Source of the DNA: Trichoplax adhaerens
Lineage: Eukaryota > Animalia > Placozoa
NCBI RefSeq assembly: GCF_000150275.1
Contig: NW_002060947.1
Coordinates: forward strand, 3,464,980-3,528,979
Direction of reading: 5' to 3'
DNA: 64,000 nt
The notes under the pieces are model-generated. The model was given only the letters and a program-made list of their open reading frames with translations, was not told the DNA's origin and searched no databases. The position numbers were made by a program, and so were the translations under genes. Within the stretch, counting starts at the first letter, position 1. Each line of letters begins with the position of its first letter. Shown piece after piece: positions 36,101 to 48,100 of the stretch.

Positions 36101-39100
36101 ATATGCACGATAAAGCGAAGGTAACCAGCATTATGATACTGTATAGTTGGATTACTTGGTAGTGGTAGTTCTCTTTTATGCTGATATCTAATCATCAAGT
36201 TAACTACAAGTAAAACTACCTACAAGATAAAATCATCCTATAATTACGTTATTGTTTTCAAGCTGTAATTTTGTAAGGTCCTTAATTTGATCTGATTGTA
36301 TACGCGTATTATTAAACTATATAGGGAGAATTAGATAAAATTATTGCATACAGGATGCACATAACTGATCGGTTAGCAAAGGATGTTTTTACATTGGATC
36401 AACTTAATGAGGCTCAGAAGTTGCTACAAGAGTTAAGCGACATGGAAAACACTATAGATGATGTCTTCCTACCAGTTGAAAGAATGTATAGCTTATTAAG
36501 GTACAGTCTCAACCTTAAATGAAATTCATTGTCAGTCATCGTGTTACAAAATCGCCTTTATTTCTTACTTCAAATGCAACTGCAGTAGCTAAAATTTTTT
36601 CTTGTATTGGATTTCCTAGACAATTTAACCTGCGATTGCCAAGATCTGAAGTACAAGAAGTAAGAAATTTAAGAGAAGAGTGGCAAAAATTATTACTTTT
36701 AGCTGAAAAGGTATGTTGCAATACTATACCGTATTCACACAGACGATTAATGAGCATACGTATACGGGAAAAGATTCGGACTAATATCCTGTTTATGCAC
36801 GATGCGCAGGTACGATATCAACTTATGGTTACGCACAGGACAGCCTTTGAGCAAGAGCTAGATAAGCAGATCAAGGTAACAGATTAGTTTGCTATCCGTA
36901 TATGGTGACTTCCTATTTATTTTGTAACTGTTTATATTGGCTAACTAATATCATTATGAAATTATTCAATAATATAATTAGCGAGAAACGAATAAATTTA
37001 TTCATTTACTTACATAACAGGCATTCGTCGTTGATGTAATTCAATTCCGCAATAGTTTTGATGCTCAAGGCCCCGCTATTCCTGGCATTAGGCCAGCGGA
37101 GGCTGTTAAGAGATTAATAGAATTTCAAGACGAATTTCAAAAGTATGACGAAAAGCGCCGAATTTTAGATGCCGTACAAAAACTATTTGGAAAACCGCCA
37201 GTATCATTTCCGGACTTGGACAAAACCGGAGAGGTAAATATATTACATTAGAATGACGTATTTCTACAAGTAGTACAATAATTGATACTTTTCCATAATT
37301 TTGATCTCTTCACACCTTACGTTTCAGGAATTGCATTTACTGGATTTATTATATAGTTTATTTCAGCGATTCTTAGCATTTGATGCCGAGTAAGTATTAG
37401 AGAAGCTAAGCATCTTATTAATGTCTAGAAATATAATTGATAGTAATTAAGTCTACTTTTCCAGTGCTGTTGTACAGATTCCAATATTAAGTCAAAGCAT
37501 GTTTCATTCGTAGGTTTCGAGAAAGATTATGGGCAAAGGCGGACTTAGATAACGCTCATCGACAGGTTAAAACATAAGTTGCTACTACAGCACTGCGATA
37601 GTACCAATTTATAATATACGCAAAATAGCATAATCAATCTCTTACTTAACTAAACTAAACTCGTACGCGCTCTAATAGATGGAAGTCTTCTGGAACGAAT
37701 GTTTAAAACTTCCAGAACAAATCAAGGGTTGGTCTTCTTACAAGGAACTGAAAGGATTAATTGACGGCTATTTGGCTCTTTTCCCAGTGTTACACCGTCT
37801 TGCATCTAAAGTAATATAATTAATATAATAGTCTAGATAGATTCAAAAACTTAATCTTTATAATTAGTAAAGGTATCTTGATCATCTACGGTGTTATAAT
37901 TTAAATACATACTGCAGATATTGCTATATGCTGTAATTATTAATAGATACTGCAAATAGTAATGCAATTACTAAATGTTCGCATTTATGCATATCACAAT
38001 CAGCATAAAAGAGCCTGATAGCAATAATATTCAAGTATACCATCTTTGTCTTCAATAATTAATGAATCCAAGTACAAACATATATAATATCCCAGCAACT
38101 ATCACTTATGTACGATAGGAAATACGTAATCGTCATTGGTTAGATGTCATGGTTGCAACAGGTTCATCCTTTCAGCTGGAAGCAAACGTTTTTAAATTGA
38201 AGCATCTGTTAGATATTGGTTTACTCAGGTACGAAATATTTCATTTAAAAATTCGAACGATGCACTTACGTGTGATTATTGTATTAAATTTGCAGTTGTA
38301 TGATGCAATGAATAAATTATATTTAATATAGACATCAGAATGAAATTGGCGAAATTACTCGATGTGCTAGTCGAGAGTTAGAAATTGAAGAAACATTGAG
38401 GAACATAGAAGAGGAATGGACAGAACAAGTTAGTTAATGAAGGATCATGTTATATTTCTTAAGAATAAGTGATACGGGTACTAAATTTTTTTGCAATTTA
38501 TGATAGGTCCTTGCTTTTGATGAATTTAAGAATCGTGGGTTCTTATGTTTAAGCGCTTCAAATACTCAGACGCTGCTTGAGCAGTTGGATGACTCTCAAG
38601 TTTCGCTGGCCTCTATGCTAACTTCTCGTCATATTGGTCCTTTAAGAGATGAAGCAGCTTCCTGGGCAACAAAACTAAATAGTGTATCTGAGATTCTAGA
38701 ATTGGTGAGCATAAAACAATTTTGTTTAAACAGCGGTGTTATCTAATCAAATTTTATTACAAAAATAATAAACGATCACCTGTAAGAAGTTCTAGAGTTG
38801 AAATCTAATGTTTTCAGCTTCATCAGCCTTCATGACATTGAATTTCTATGTTTATAGTGGTTATCCGTTCAAGAGTTGTGGCTGAATTTAGAAGCAGTAT
38901 TTTATCAGGCGGAAACAATCAAGGTTATAATTGGCACATCGTTAATAGCCAATTGCTGTTCCTTTAAGACATCTAATAAAAATTAACTTTCACAGGAATT
39001 ACCGCAGGAGGCAAGACGATTTAACAGGATTGATAGAAGTTGGAGCAGGCTTATGAAACAAGCTTACGAAATTAGAAATGTTTTACAGGTATGATGTTTT

Positions 39101-42100
39101 GACGAAGCTTATACAATGCGCAGATGCCATAATAAACCTTCTTAAAGATATCTAGATAATCTTTATACCGACATAAAGATTAGCGAATTAAAATCTTGTC
39201 TATCCTAGTAGCACCTCAATTCAAGTTTTTTACTTGTTCTGACAAAACTAGCAGTTACATATCTCAGATACAACATAATACTATGACTTACTTAGTCTTA
39301 GTTTTCGGTAATACATGCAAGAGACCTGAGAAAATTTATTGTAACCACTGAGGGTTAAATTTGGAATAACATTCTGATTTCTAGTGTTGTTTCCGCGGCG
39401 ATGTCCCTAAATATACCGTGCTAAAGCACTTGCTGGAAGAACTAGAATTATGCTTCAAATCGTTGCTCTCTTATTTGGATCAAAAGCGCAGGGTAAATAT
39501 TATTTTACTCAATACATCCTTTATATTAGGTTATTTACAATATTATGTTATTAATCAATTCTTACTTAAATGGATTATAATAACAGGAATTTCCAAGGTT
39601 TTACTTTGTTTCCGATTCTATCTTACTATCTGTATTGCGATCTGCGCGTACACTTGATTCTGTAAGGCCGCATCTAAGGTAAACCGGCAGCTAGCTATGC
39701 CTGATACGCATTTCGATATTCGTCCTTAGCTGTCGAGAAGCTATACCGTAACTAATTAACATTATTATTCGTCGTAGATCTATCTTTGGTAATATCTCCA
39801 ACTTAAAAATTAATACTGCTGCTCCAATATCGCGTAATAAGAAAGTTTTAGCGCCCTTGGTAAGAATGCATTAATAATCGGTTGAAATGGGAATTGTTAA
39901 CTAAGCTATTTGTCATTGCATTGGTAATAGGATCATCAATCAGAGCACAGTAATGCTCCATCGGCCGCTACTTTTCGTAAAAGAAGTAGCATGGATTTTA
40001 TTCCTATTTCGCTAAAACGGCGTAGCAGTCAAGATATGATAAACATCCCATTTCATAGAAGCTCACAAAATGCCATTTCATCCGGAGTATCCATCGCCAA
40101 TTCTGTTTCTGATGCAGACGGACTATCTGATTCCATTAGTAAAATTTACGCCGTTGTTTCACCTGAATGTGAAACCTTACAATTGTCAACTCAGGTAATA
40201 TTTACTTTGCCGTCATTTTTACGGATTTATTGTTTTATTACTGGATATTGGCGTTTTTTATATGCTTACATAATAAATATAAAATTTTATCCTTAAATTT
40301 CAGGTACCGCTATCTGGTGGTGTTCAAGCCTGGTTAAATGCTTTGTCGACTTCGGTTGAGAAAACACTACTGGAATTAATAAATGATCAAGTCGACGATG
40401 TTCTTGCAATGACATCTATCGATGAATGGGCTTATAAAGTATGCTTAAAGAATTAGAATTAAAATTTTTATAAGCCTACGAATTAGTATTGTACTCTTGC
40501 TTTTCAATTAATAAGATAATACTTACAGTACGCTTAGTTACGGAATGAGTAAAATTATTTTAATCAAAAATGCGATATTAAGTCATAAGGAGTTATAGTA
40601 AGAATTTTTTGATTACTAACAGATTTTAATTTTATTTAGTATCCAGCTCAAGTTGCTCGTCTTGGTTTACAATATTATTGGACTAAGGAATGTGAGCAGG
40701 TAAAATATTCATTTGCTTATATATATATATGTTACGTAGATAGATCAATTCCATGTTCTCAATGAGCTACCAAGAAAATTCCTTGCGCTCATAGCAGTCC
40801 TTAAAAATTTTGACAGGGCATTACTGAGATTAGAACTGAAAGGAAATCTTTGAGTAATACTTCCAGGCGATTTTGGTCCTTTTTAAGTAAAACTACAGTG
40901 ACCATTTCAAGAGTAAACTGGAAGCACGTTGATGAACCTGTAACAAACGTACATCGTCTCCGTCTGGAGACATTACTAGCGGTACTAGAACTAATGCTAC
41001 TCTTTTTATTTTTTACTTTTGCTAAAGTATAACATTGGAATTACTATTTGCGGAAGTCTTACAAATCTTCCTTATACCTATTTTGCTAGTAGACTTAGGT
41101 AACAATTTTTATCTTCTTTTGTAGCATGGCCTTTATATGCGGGATGTTCTAGATGACTTAGCCAAGAAGAAACTGCGTGAGCAGACTGACTTTGAATGGA
41201 AGAAAAACTTAAGATTTTATCACATGAAAGAAGATTCCCATAAAGGTAACATAGCCTTCTTAAGCGATTTTGTTACGATTTGAAGAATAATTCATTATTT
41301 CTTATAACATTTTAACACTTGATAATGAACAAATTTTGAACATGATACGCATTGTGTAATCTGTCTTTATTTCACTGTCACTGTTTAACATCATTAGAAG
41401 AAAAGGTCCCCCAAATTTGGGTTCTTGACACAAAATTTAACTATGGTTTTGAGTTTTATGGATGTATGTCTCCTATTATTATGACGCCTTTAACAGATCG
41501 ATGCTTCCTATCACTTAGCCAGGTATTCGAATATAATAACTTGGATTAAATAATGAAGAGTAAAGAAATCACTAAAGTTTCTTGAGTAAAAAATAAAATA
41601 TATGCGTACATAATTATAAATTAAATCATTAAATAATTCTATTAAGGCTGTTTCAAATCATCGAGGAGCAGCACTTTGTGGCCCTTGGGGCACCGGAAAA
41701 ACGGAAACTATCAAGGTACAGAGTGGATACCTACTGCCTTCGTTTTATTTTAAACATAACTTTGTTTAGAGACATTTTCGTAATATTTAAATTTTTACTC
41801 CATAGGGATTTGCTCATATGTTAGGTGTCTATCTAGTAGCCTTTAGCTGTTCTTTACAATCTGAACCATCCAGCTTAATTCGAATTATCCATGGTCTTGC
41901 ACAGGTATATATATTATTATAGTAACCAATTCTATCCAATTCTGTACAGTACACGTCAGTGTAGGGCTTAAATGAAAAGTATCATATTTCAGGATGGTTG
42001 TTGGGGCTGTTTCGATGATTTTCATAGAGTTCAAGTCTCTACAATTTCTGTACTATCACATCACTTACAAATAATCATGAATGCACTGCGTACGAAAGAA

Positions 42101-45100
42101 ATTTTTTGCACTATGCCGGGAGGCATCGAGGTAAATCAGAATATTTATAAGTAATCCCATTATCAGGGCTTTTAGTACCTTATATTTCGTAAAATATATC
42201 AGTATGTTATAAATATAAATTTTTATTTATTTTCTTAACTTAGATTACGATAAACCGAAAAGTTGCCTTCTTTATGACATATGATACTTCATATGGAAAC
42301 CAAGGTGATCATCTATTACCGAGTGATATCCGAACCCTCTTTAGACCTATTGCCTTGACTGCTCCTGATGTTGGTTTAATTCTTCGAGCCTACTGCACTT
42401 CTAAAGGCTTCAAAGCGCCACGAGTTTTGGCAGATAGAATCAAACTGCTATTAAGTATTTCTAAGCATCTAGTGTAAGTATTATGACATATATTCGTTTT
42501 CAAGCTGATAGTTATAATTAAGTAAAGTATGATATTTCGTGCAATGCTGATGCTTTATTTCGTACAATTTTCTTTAAATCTGACGAACATAACTCTGCAA
42601 CCCTTACAGGAAAAGTAATAATCAACATAAGATTAGTTTATCATCCATTCTGTCATGTATCAGCTACGCAGCTAAGCGACGTGATGATTACCAAGCCTTG
42701 CAAAATAACCCTAAAATGGGTGACATTGCTAGATCGAATAGCGCTTCTTCAACGCAGAATCTAGGCGCAAGTAAGCAAAGACATAACCATTAAAGTACAG
42801 AGATAATTATCTCATCATATTTCCTTTTAATATATAATTGCAATATATCCGATTTCAGGCGGTGGTGGATTAAGACCTCGAGCTGAAACTACCAGGAAGA
42901 ATACTCCTTCACAACAATTGTCTCCAGCAATACGTGGAGAACATATGTTTGTTTCACACGCTATCCAAGATCTAATTGTACCTCAGATCTCTCCAGAGGT
43001 ATTAAATACTGCTCTTATTAGATAATGCTTCTAGTTAAACGTTTTCTAATAAATTAAGGCGATAATTATAAATTATGGAAAACACCGATGATTTCCAAAC
43101 TTTGTATTGGATTAATTTTATCATAATTGATTCAATTCACGAATAATTTTATGCATTGCAGTACACTATGCTTACATCGATATTATATAGATATTTCTAT
43201 TGCACCTTTCCTAACATACCTAACTTGGATGTATTATATGCAGTACTTGCATAAATATGAAAAATCTTGCTCTTCTGAAAGACTCTTAATTTGCTAATGT
43301 TGTGTTTAATTTTTCTTTCAATATAAAATTAGAATTTCGCTGTTTTTAACAGCTTACTCCATGATATATTCTATTCTTCCTCTGATCCATACAAACTGGC
43401 TGGTTTCCATGACGGTAGTGGTACTGTTGAAGAGGCATTCATGCAACAGACTCAAAAAAGCGGTCTACATTTTCACGCTCCGTGGGTATCAAAAGCTATG
43501 CAATTGCATAAACTATCGAAAGTTCATCATGGTATGTAAAGAATGTATAACAAATAAAATTTATTAAAGTAGTAAAACTAATGCATTGCAAGTATGAAGA
43601 TGTGTACGATCATATAAACCATAATTTTCAACCAGGAATAACCTCTATAATTCTAATTGCCTTGTTATAATTGCATAAATAGGAGTAGTTGTTGCTGGAC
43701 CACCTGGTAGTGGAAAATCGACAATGATTTCTACACTTATCGATGCGTTATCCCTATGCTCGAAAAATGATCAAGGAGATGGCAGTAAAAAACATATCCA
43801 TCGATTGCAAAAGATTAATCCAACTGCAGTATCAAATTTATCGCTAATGTTCGGTCGGTTGAATGCATCTAACGATTGGGAAGATGGTATATTTACGGCG
43901 TTATGGAGAAAAGCCAATAAAAATTTAGCAACAACAACGTGGTTATGTTTAGATGCAACGCTAGCACCGTATTGGGCCGATAATTTGAACTGCATTATCG
44001 GTAATGGCCGATCTTTGGATCTTTTAAATGGAGAACGCTTATTCCTAAGTGATAACGTCAAAATATTGTTTGAAACTCATGATGTTAGTAATGCTTCCCC
44101 GGCAGTATTTGGACGTACTGGCATAGTCTACGTTGATGATGGCGTATTAGGTTGGGTGCCTTTATCACATGCGTGGTTAGCATCAAGAAACGATCAGGAG
44201 ATTAAAGTCCTACAGCCAGTCTTTAGTGCAATTATTTCAGATGTAACCAATTTTATTAGTTACGACTGCCAAGTTATGGTTAAAGTATGTGAAATTGGCT
44301 TATTTCAAACGTGCTTATCGTTATTAACCGCCTTATTAGAAGAACAAGCCGAGGTAATTGCCGATCTGCATATTGAACGATTATTTCTGTTTTCGGTTAT
44401 ATGGTCTTATGGTATGATTATGAACGATCATGATCGTGGACGATTTAGTAATTTAATGAAAAGTCTATCGACAGCTTTACCAGATTACGATCTAGGAATA
44501 TCAGTATTTGATTATTATGTAGATGAATCAGGTGAATGGGATCCATGGACATCACGCGTGCCAGAATTTTCACCTGATTCAATGGATTTCTTGGGTGAAA
44601 CTTTTATTGATACTGTTACAACAGTTAAAATTAGCCGTTTAATGGAATTGTCATTTAGTTCTGGCCGTAATGTTTCAATTATTGGACCACCAGGATGTGG
44701 TAAAACAGTGACTGTTAACCGTTTCTTAGATCAGCAAGATGGTTCAAGCATGGTTACAAAACGTATTGTTTTCTCTGGGACTTCCAGTGCCCACGATTTG
44801 CAACATTTTATAGATGAGAATGTTTATCATCGTCAAGGCTTCGTATATGGTGCTAAAGATGGCAAGAAATTATGTTTATTCGTTGATGATCTTAACCTAC
44901 CAACATCCAATAGCGACAAAACAATACAAGAGAGCCATGAATTATTGCGTCAACTATTGGATGATAAGTTAATTTTCAATTATAACAAAATTGGCGATTA
45001 TCGAGTGATTGAAAATTTACAGGTGATTGCTACCGCTACGTCTTCATCATCATCCACTATTAACACTACAACATCAACTATGAAGTCTGTCTTACCAGAT

Positions 45101-48100
45101 CGATTAAAACGCCATTTTTCTATTTTTTATTTACAAGAACCAACTGGTAATGCTCTAAATAGTATTATGTCAGGCATAGTTCACGCTAATCTTTACCTCT
45201 ATGAAAGTGTTCTGAATCCAGACTTAATGAATACATTAACTCAGGCATCATGCGATGTTTTAGCACGCATAAAATCAGTTTTACGACCATCACCGGTACC
45301 TGGTCGATATCAGTATTCTTTTAATTTACGTGATCTTAATAGAGTTATTCAAATGTTAAAAAGATTATCCAATCAACCCAGAATTGATGAATTATCAATT
45401 GTATCCTTATGGAAGCATGAACTTGATCGTACTATACGTGATCGTATTTGTCGCAACACTGATTTAAATTGGTATGACGGAACCGTTGTGAAAATCCTTG
45501 AGGAATACTTCCCTAATATTTCCAAGGATGAATTAATACAAGATTATATTACATTCAAATTGGAACCCATACGTAGTCGTACACATACAGGAGCTACCGT
45601 TAAAGATTATATTCAGCCAATCACTAATATGAGTGAAATTATGGGATGGATTCGTGATCAAATGATTACTTACAATGAGGACTTTGGTAATCGCAATTTA
45701 AGCGTTATATTATCGGATTACATCGTCGCTCATGTCGTTCGTTTATTACGAATTTTAAGCTTTAATAACAGGTTAGTTGCAGTTTACCTTTATTGGTATA
45801 ATGTTAAAAATAATATTATGACTCATCTAATTTTTGTAATTTGTTATAGAAGTAATCTTATTAAGGGTGTCGTATAGACTTATCTCTTGTCTTAGATTAA
45901 TTACTAAGTCGGGATAGTATAGGTGTAGTTTAGTTAAGTAATTTTTGTATAGTGCTTTTATTCTACATTAAACTTTTATTGATAATTTAATTCTTTATGC
46001 ATTTTCTTATGTGATATTAATTAACTTTACAGAGGTAATGCTGTCTTAGTCGGACAGGTTGGTAGCCATCTTTCAACTTACGTCCGTTTTGCATTATATG
46101 TTTGTGGTATTCCACAACATCATGTTGATACATCATCCGGAAATACGTTTTATGATGGATTACGCTCAGCTGTTCGATTAACTGGCGCAGAAGGAAAGCG
46201 ATTAGCTATTGTATTAAAAGCTAACGATTTAAAAAATAGTGTTATTATTGATGCCGTCAACAGCATCTTAATTAGTGGTGAATGCTCGAAATTATTTTCT
46301 AATGACGAATTAGATGGCTTATTGCAAGCACTGTCTCACACCTTGAAACGCAATTATTCCAATATGGATACTAATCCAATGGATTTCTTTATCTCACGCG
46401 TTAAATCCAATCTACATATTATTATAACTATACCGCCAACCAACAATTTATTAAAAGTCGCCGCCAATCAATTTCCCGGCTTTATATCGTGTTGTCATAT
46501 GGATTGGCTAATGGACTGGTCAAAGCCATCGTTAATAAGTGAAGCAACGCATTATATTGCTGAATATAGCATCATGGAACATAGTGCTGAAGATATACGA
46601 GGTAAGGTCGTCCATAGTATGGCCGATATCCATGTATTTATGTTGAAGGAGTGTGATCAACTTCCATGGGCGATGGATAAATACAACGCTAATCAAAGTA
46701 ATGATCCTAAACAATGCTTACCGTTTGCTAAAAATGCATTAGTTGAAAGGATAACTACAAAATATGATAAAAAATGGCAGAATCGTAAAGACGTCTTTGT
46801 TGGGCCAAATACATACCGTCGATTCATGAATGCTTTTAAGAAAATCTATACAACGAAACATCAAGAAGCTAATACAACTATACTTAAATTACGTAAAGCA
46901 TTACAGACGCTAGAAAGTACGAAAATCGAAGCTGAATCAACGGCATCGGATATTGAAAAGATGAAATATAATTTACGCTTAGCGACTGATCGTTCTGCTT
47001 CATTACTACAGCAATTAACGATACGAATAACACAATTAGAGAAATTGAAGGCTAAATTAGGTACAGGTGGCAATGTATTAGATGCATTTGCGACTATCAA
47101 TGAGTTAGAGATGGCATCAGAAGTAGAATCAGTGCCGCTACCCTTAGATGATGAAATGGATGAGCTGGATACTGAATTTGAAAAATTACGTCAAATTAAA
47201 TTACGTAAAAAGCATGATAAGTTAATGGAAGACATTACTCGGGCACAAGAAGAAGTCGATGAAGCGAAGAAAGCCTTAAGTGGTGCTAAAAATCAAATAC
47301 GCCATTGGAGAAACAAAATTGATCGTAGTTGCGTTGAACGTTTGCGTGTATTCCAAAATCCACCTTCGCTAGTCGGCACAGTTATGGAAATGACGATGGT
47401 ATTATTAGGAAAGTTGGAACCATCACCAGCTTACTCAATTAACTATAATACATCTAGCTCTAATATCGCTTCAAATACGGGCAATAATTACGACGACGCA
47501 TATTCATCAATACCGCGTGGCTCTAGCTTTGTAGGAAAATCGAAGCGTGGACGTGATCACACTAATAATGCATCCAATCATAATCGTGTCGACCGTGATC
47601 TATGGAAATCAATTCAATTAGCTATGACTGATTCACAAAAATTTATTGATGCTCTATGGAATATACAGTGGGAAGAAGGTTTAAGTCCTGACAAGTTGGC
47701 AATTATGGAAAATTACTTAGGTAAAAAATCACCTACTAACTTAGCACAAACAAATAATCAATTAACGGGACTAAGCATTACTGAAGAAATGAATCAAAAT
47801 CACCACCATCATCACCCCATCACATCAAATTTACTGGCATCGGGTAGCACATTTTCTCCACGTCGATTATCAAGCTCTACATCAGTAAGTTTTCAAACAG
47901 GAACACAACAAACAGGTGCTGTACCACCTCCTAATATTACTATTGCAGCTGCTAAATATTCATCGGAAGATGCTGCTATCTTAGTTGCATATATTATGGC
48001 ATTAGTTGAATATACATATCAGTATTCACCTGTACGTGAGAAAATTGAGCGATTACAAGAATTATTGATTGAAAAAGAGGAAGATGAAAGGCGTGCTGCG

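Noticed and set aside
36711-36809. 33-aa apparent insertion in dynein ORF 36519..36887
   Set aside because: It is a 99-nt stop-free segment with canonical AAG|gtatgt and cag| ends, most simply an ordinary intron.
30123-43567. Many short dynein ORFs suggesting a fragmented pseudogene
   Set aside because: The junctions examined are GT(GC)-AG introns that join in phase; no frameshift or internal stop was needed.
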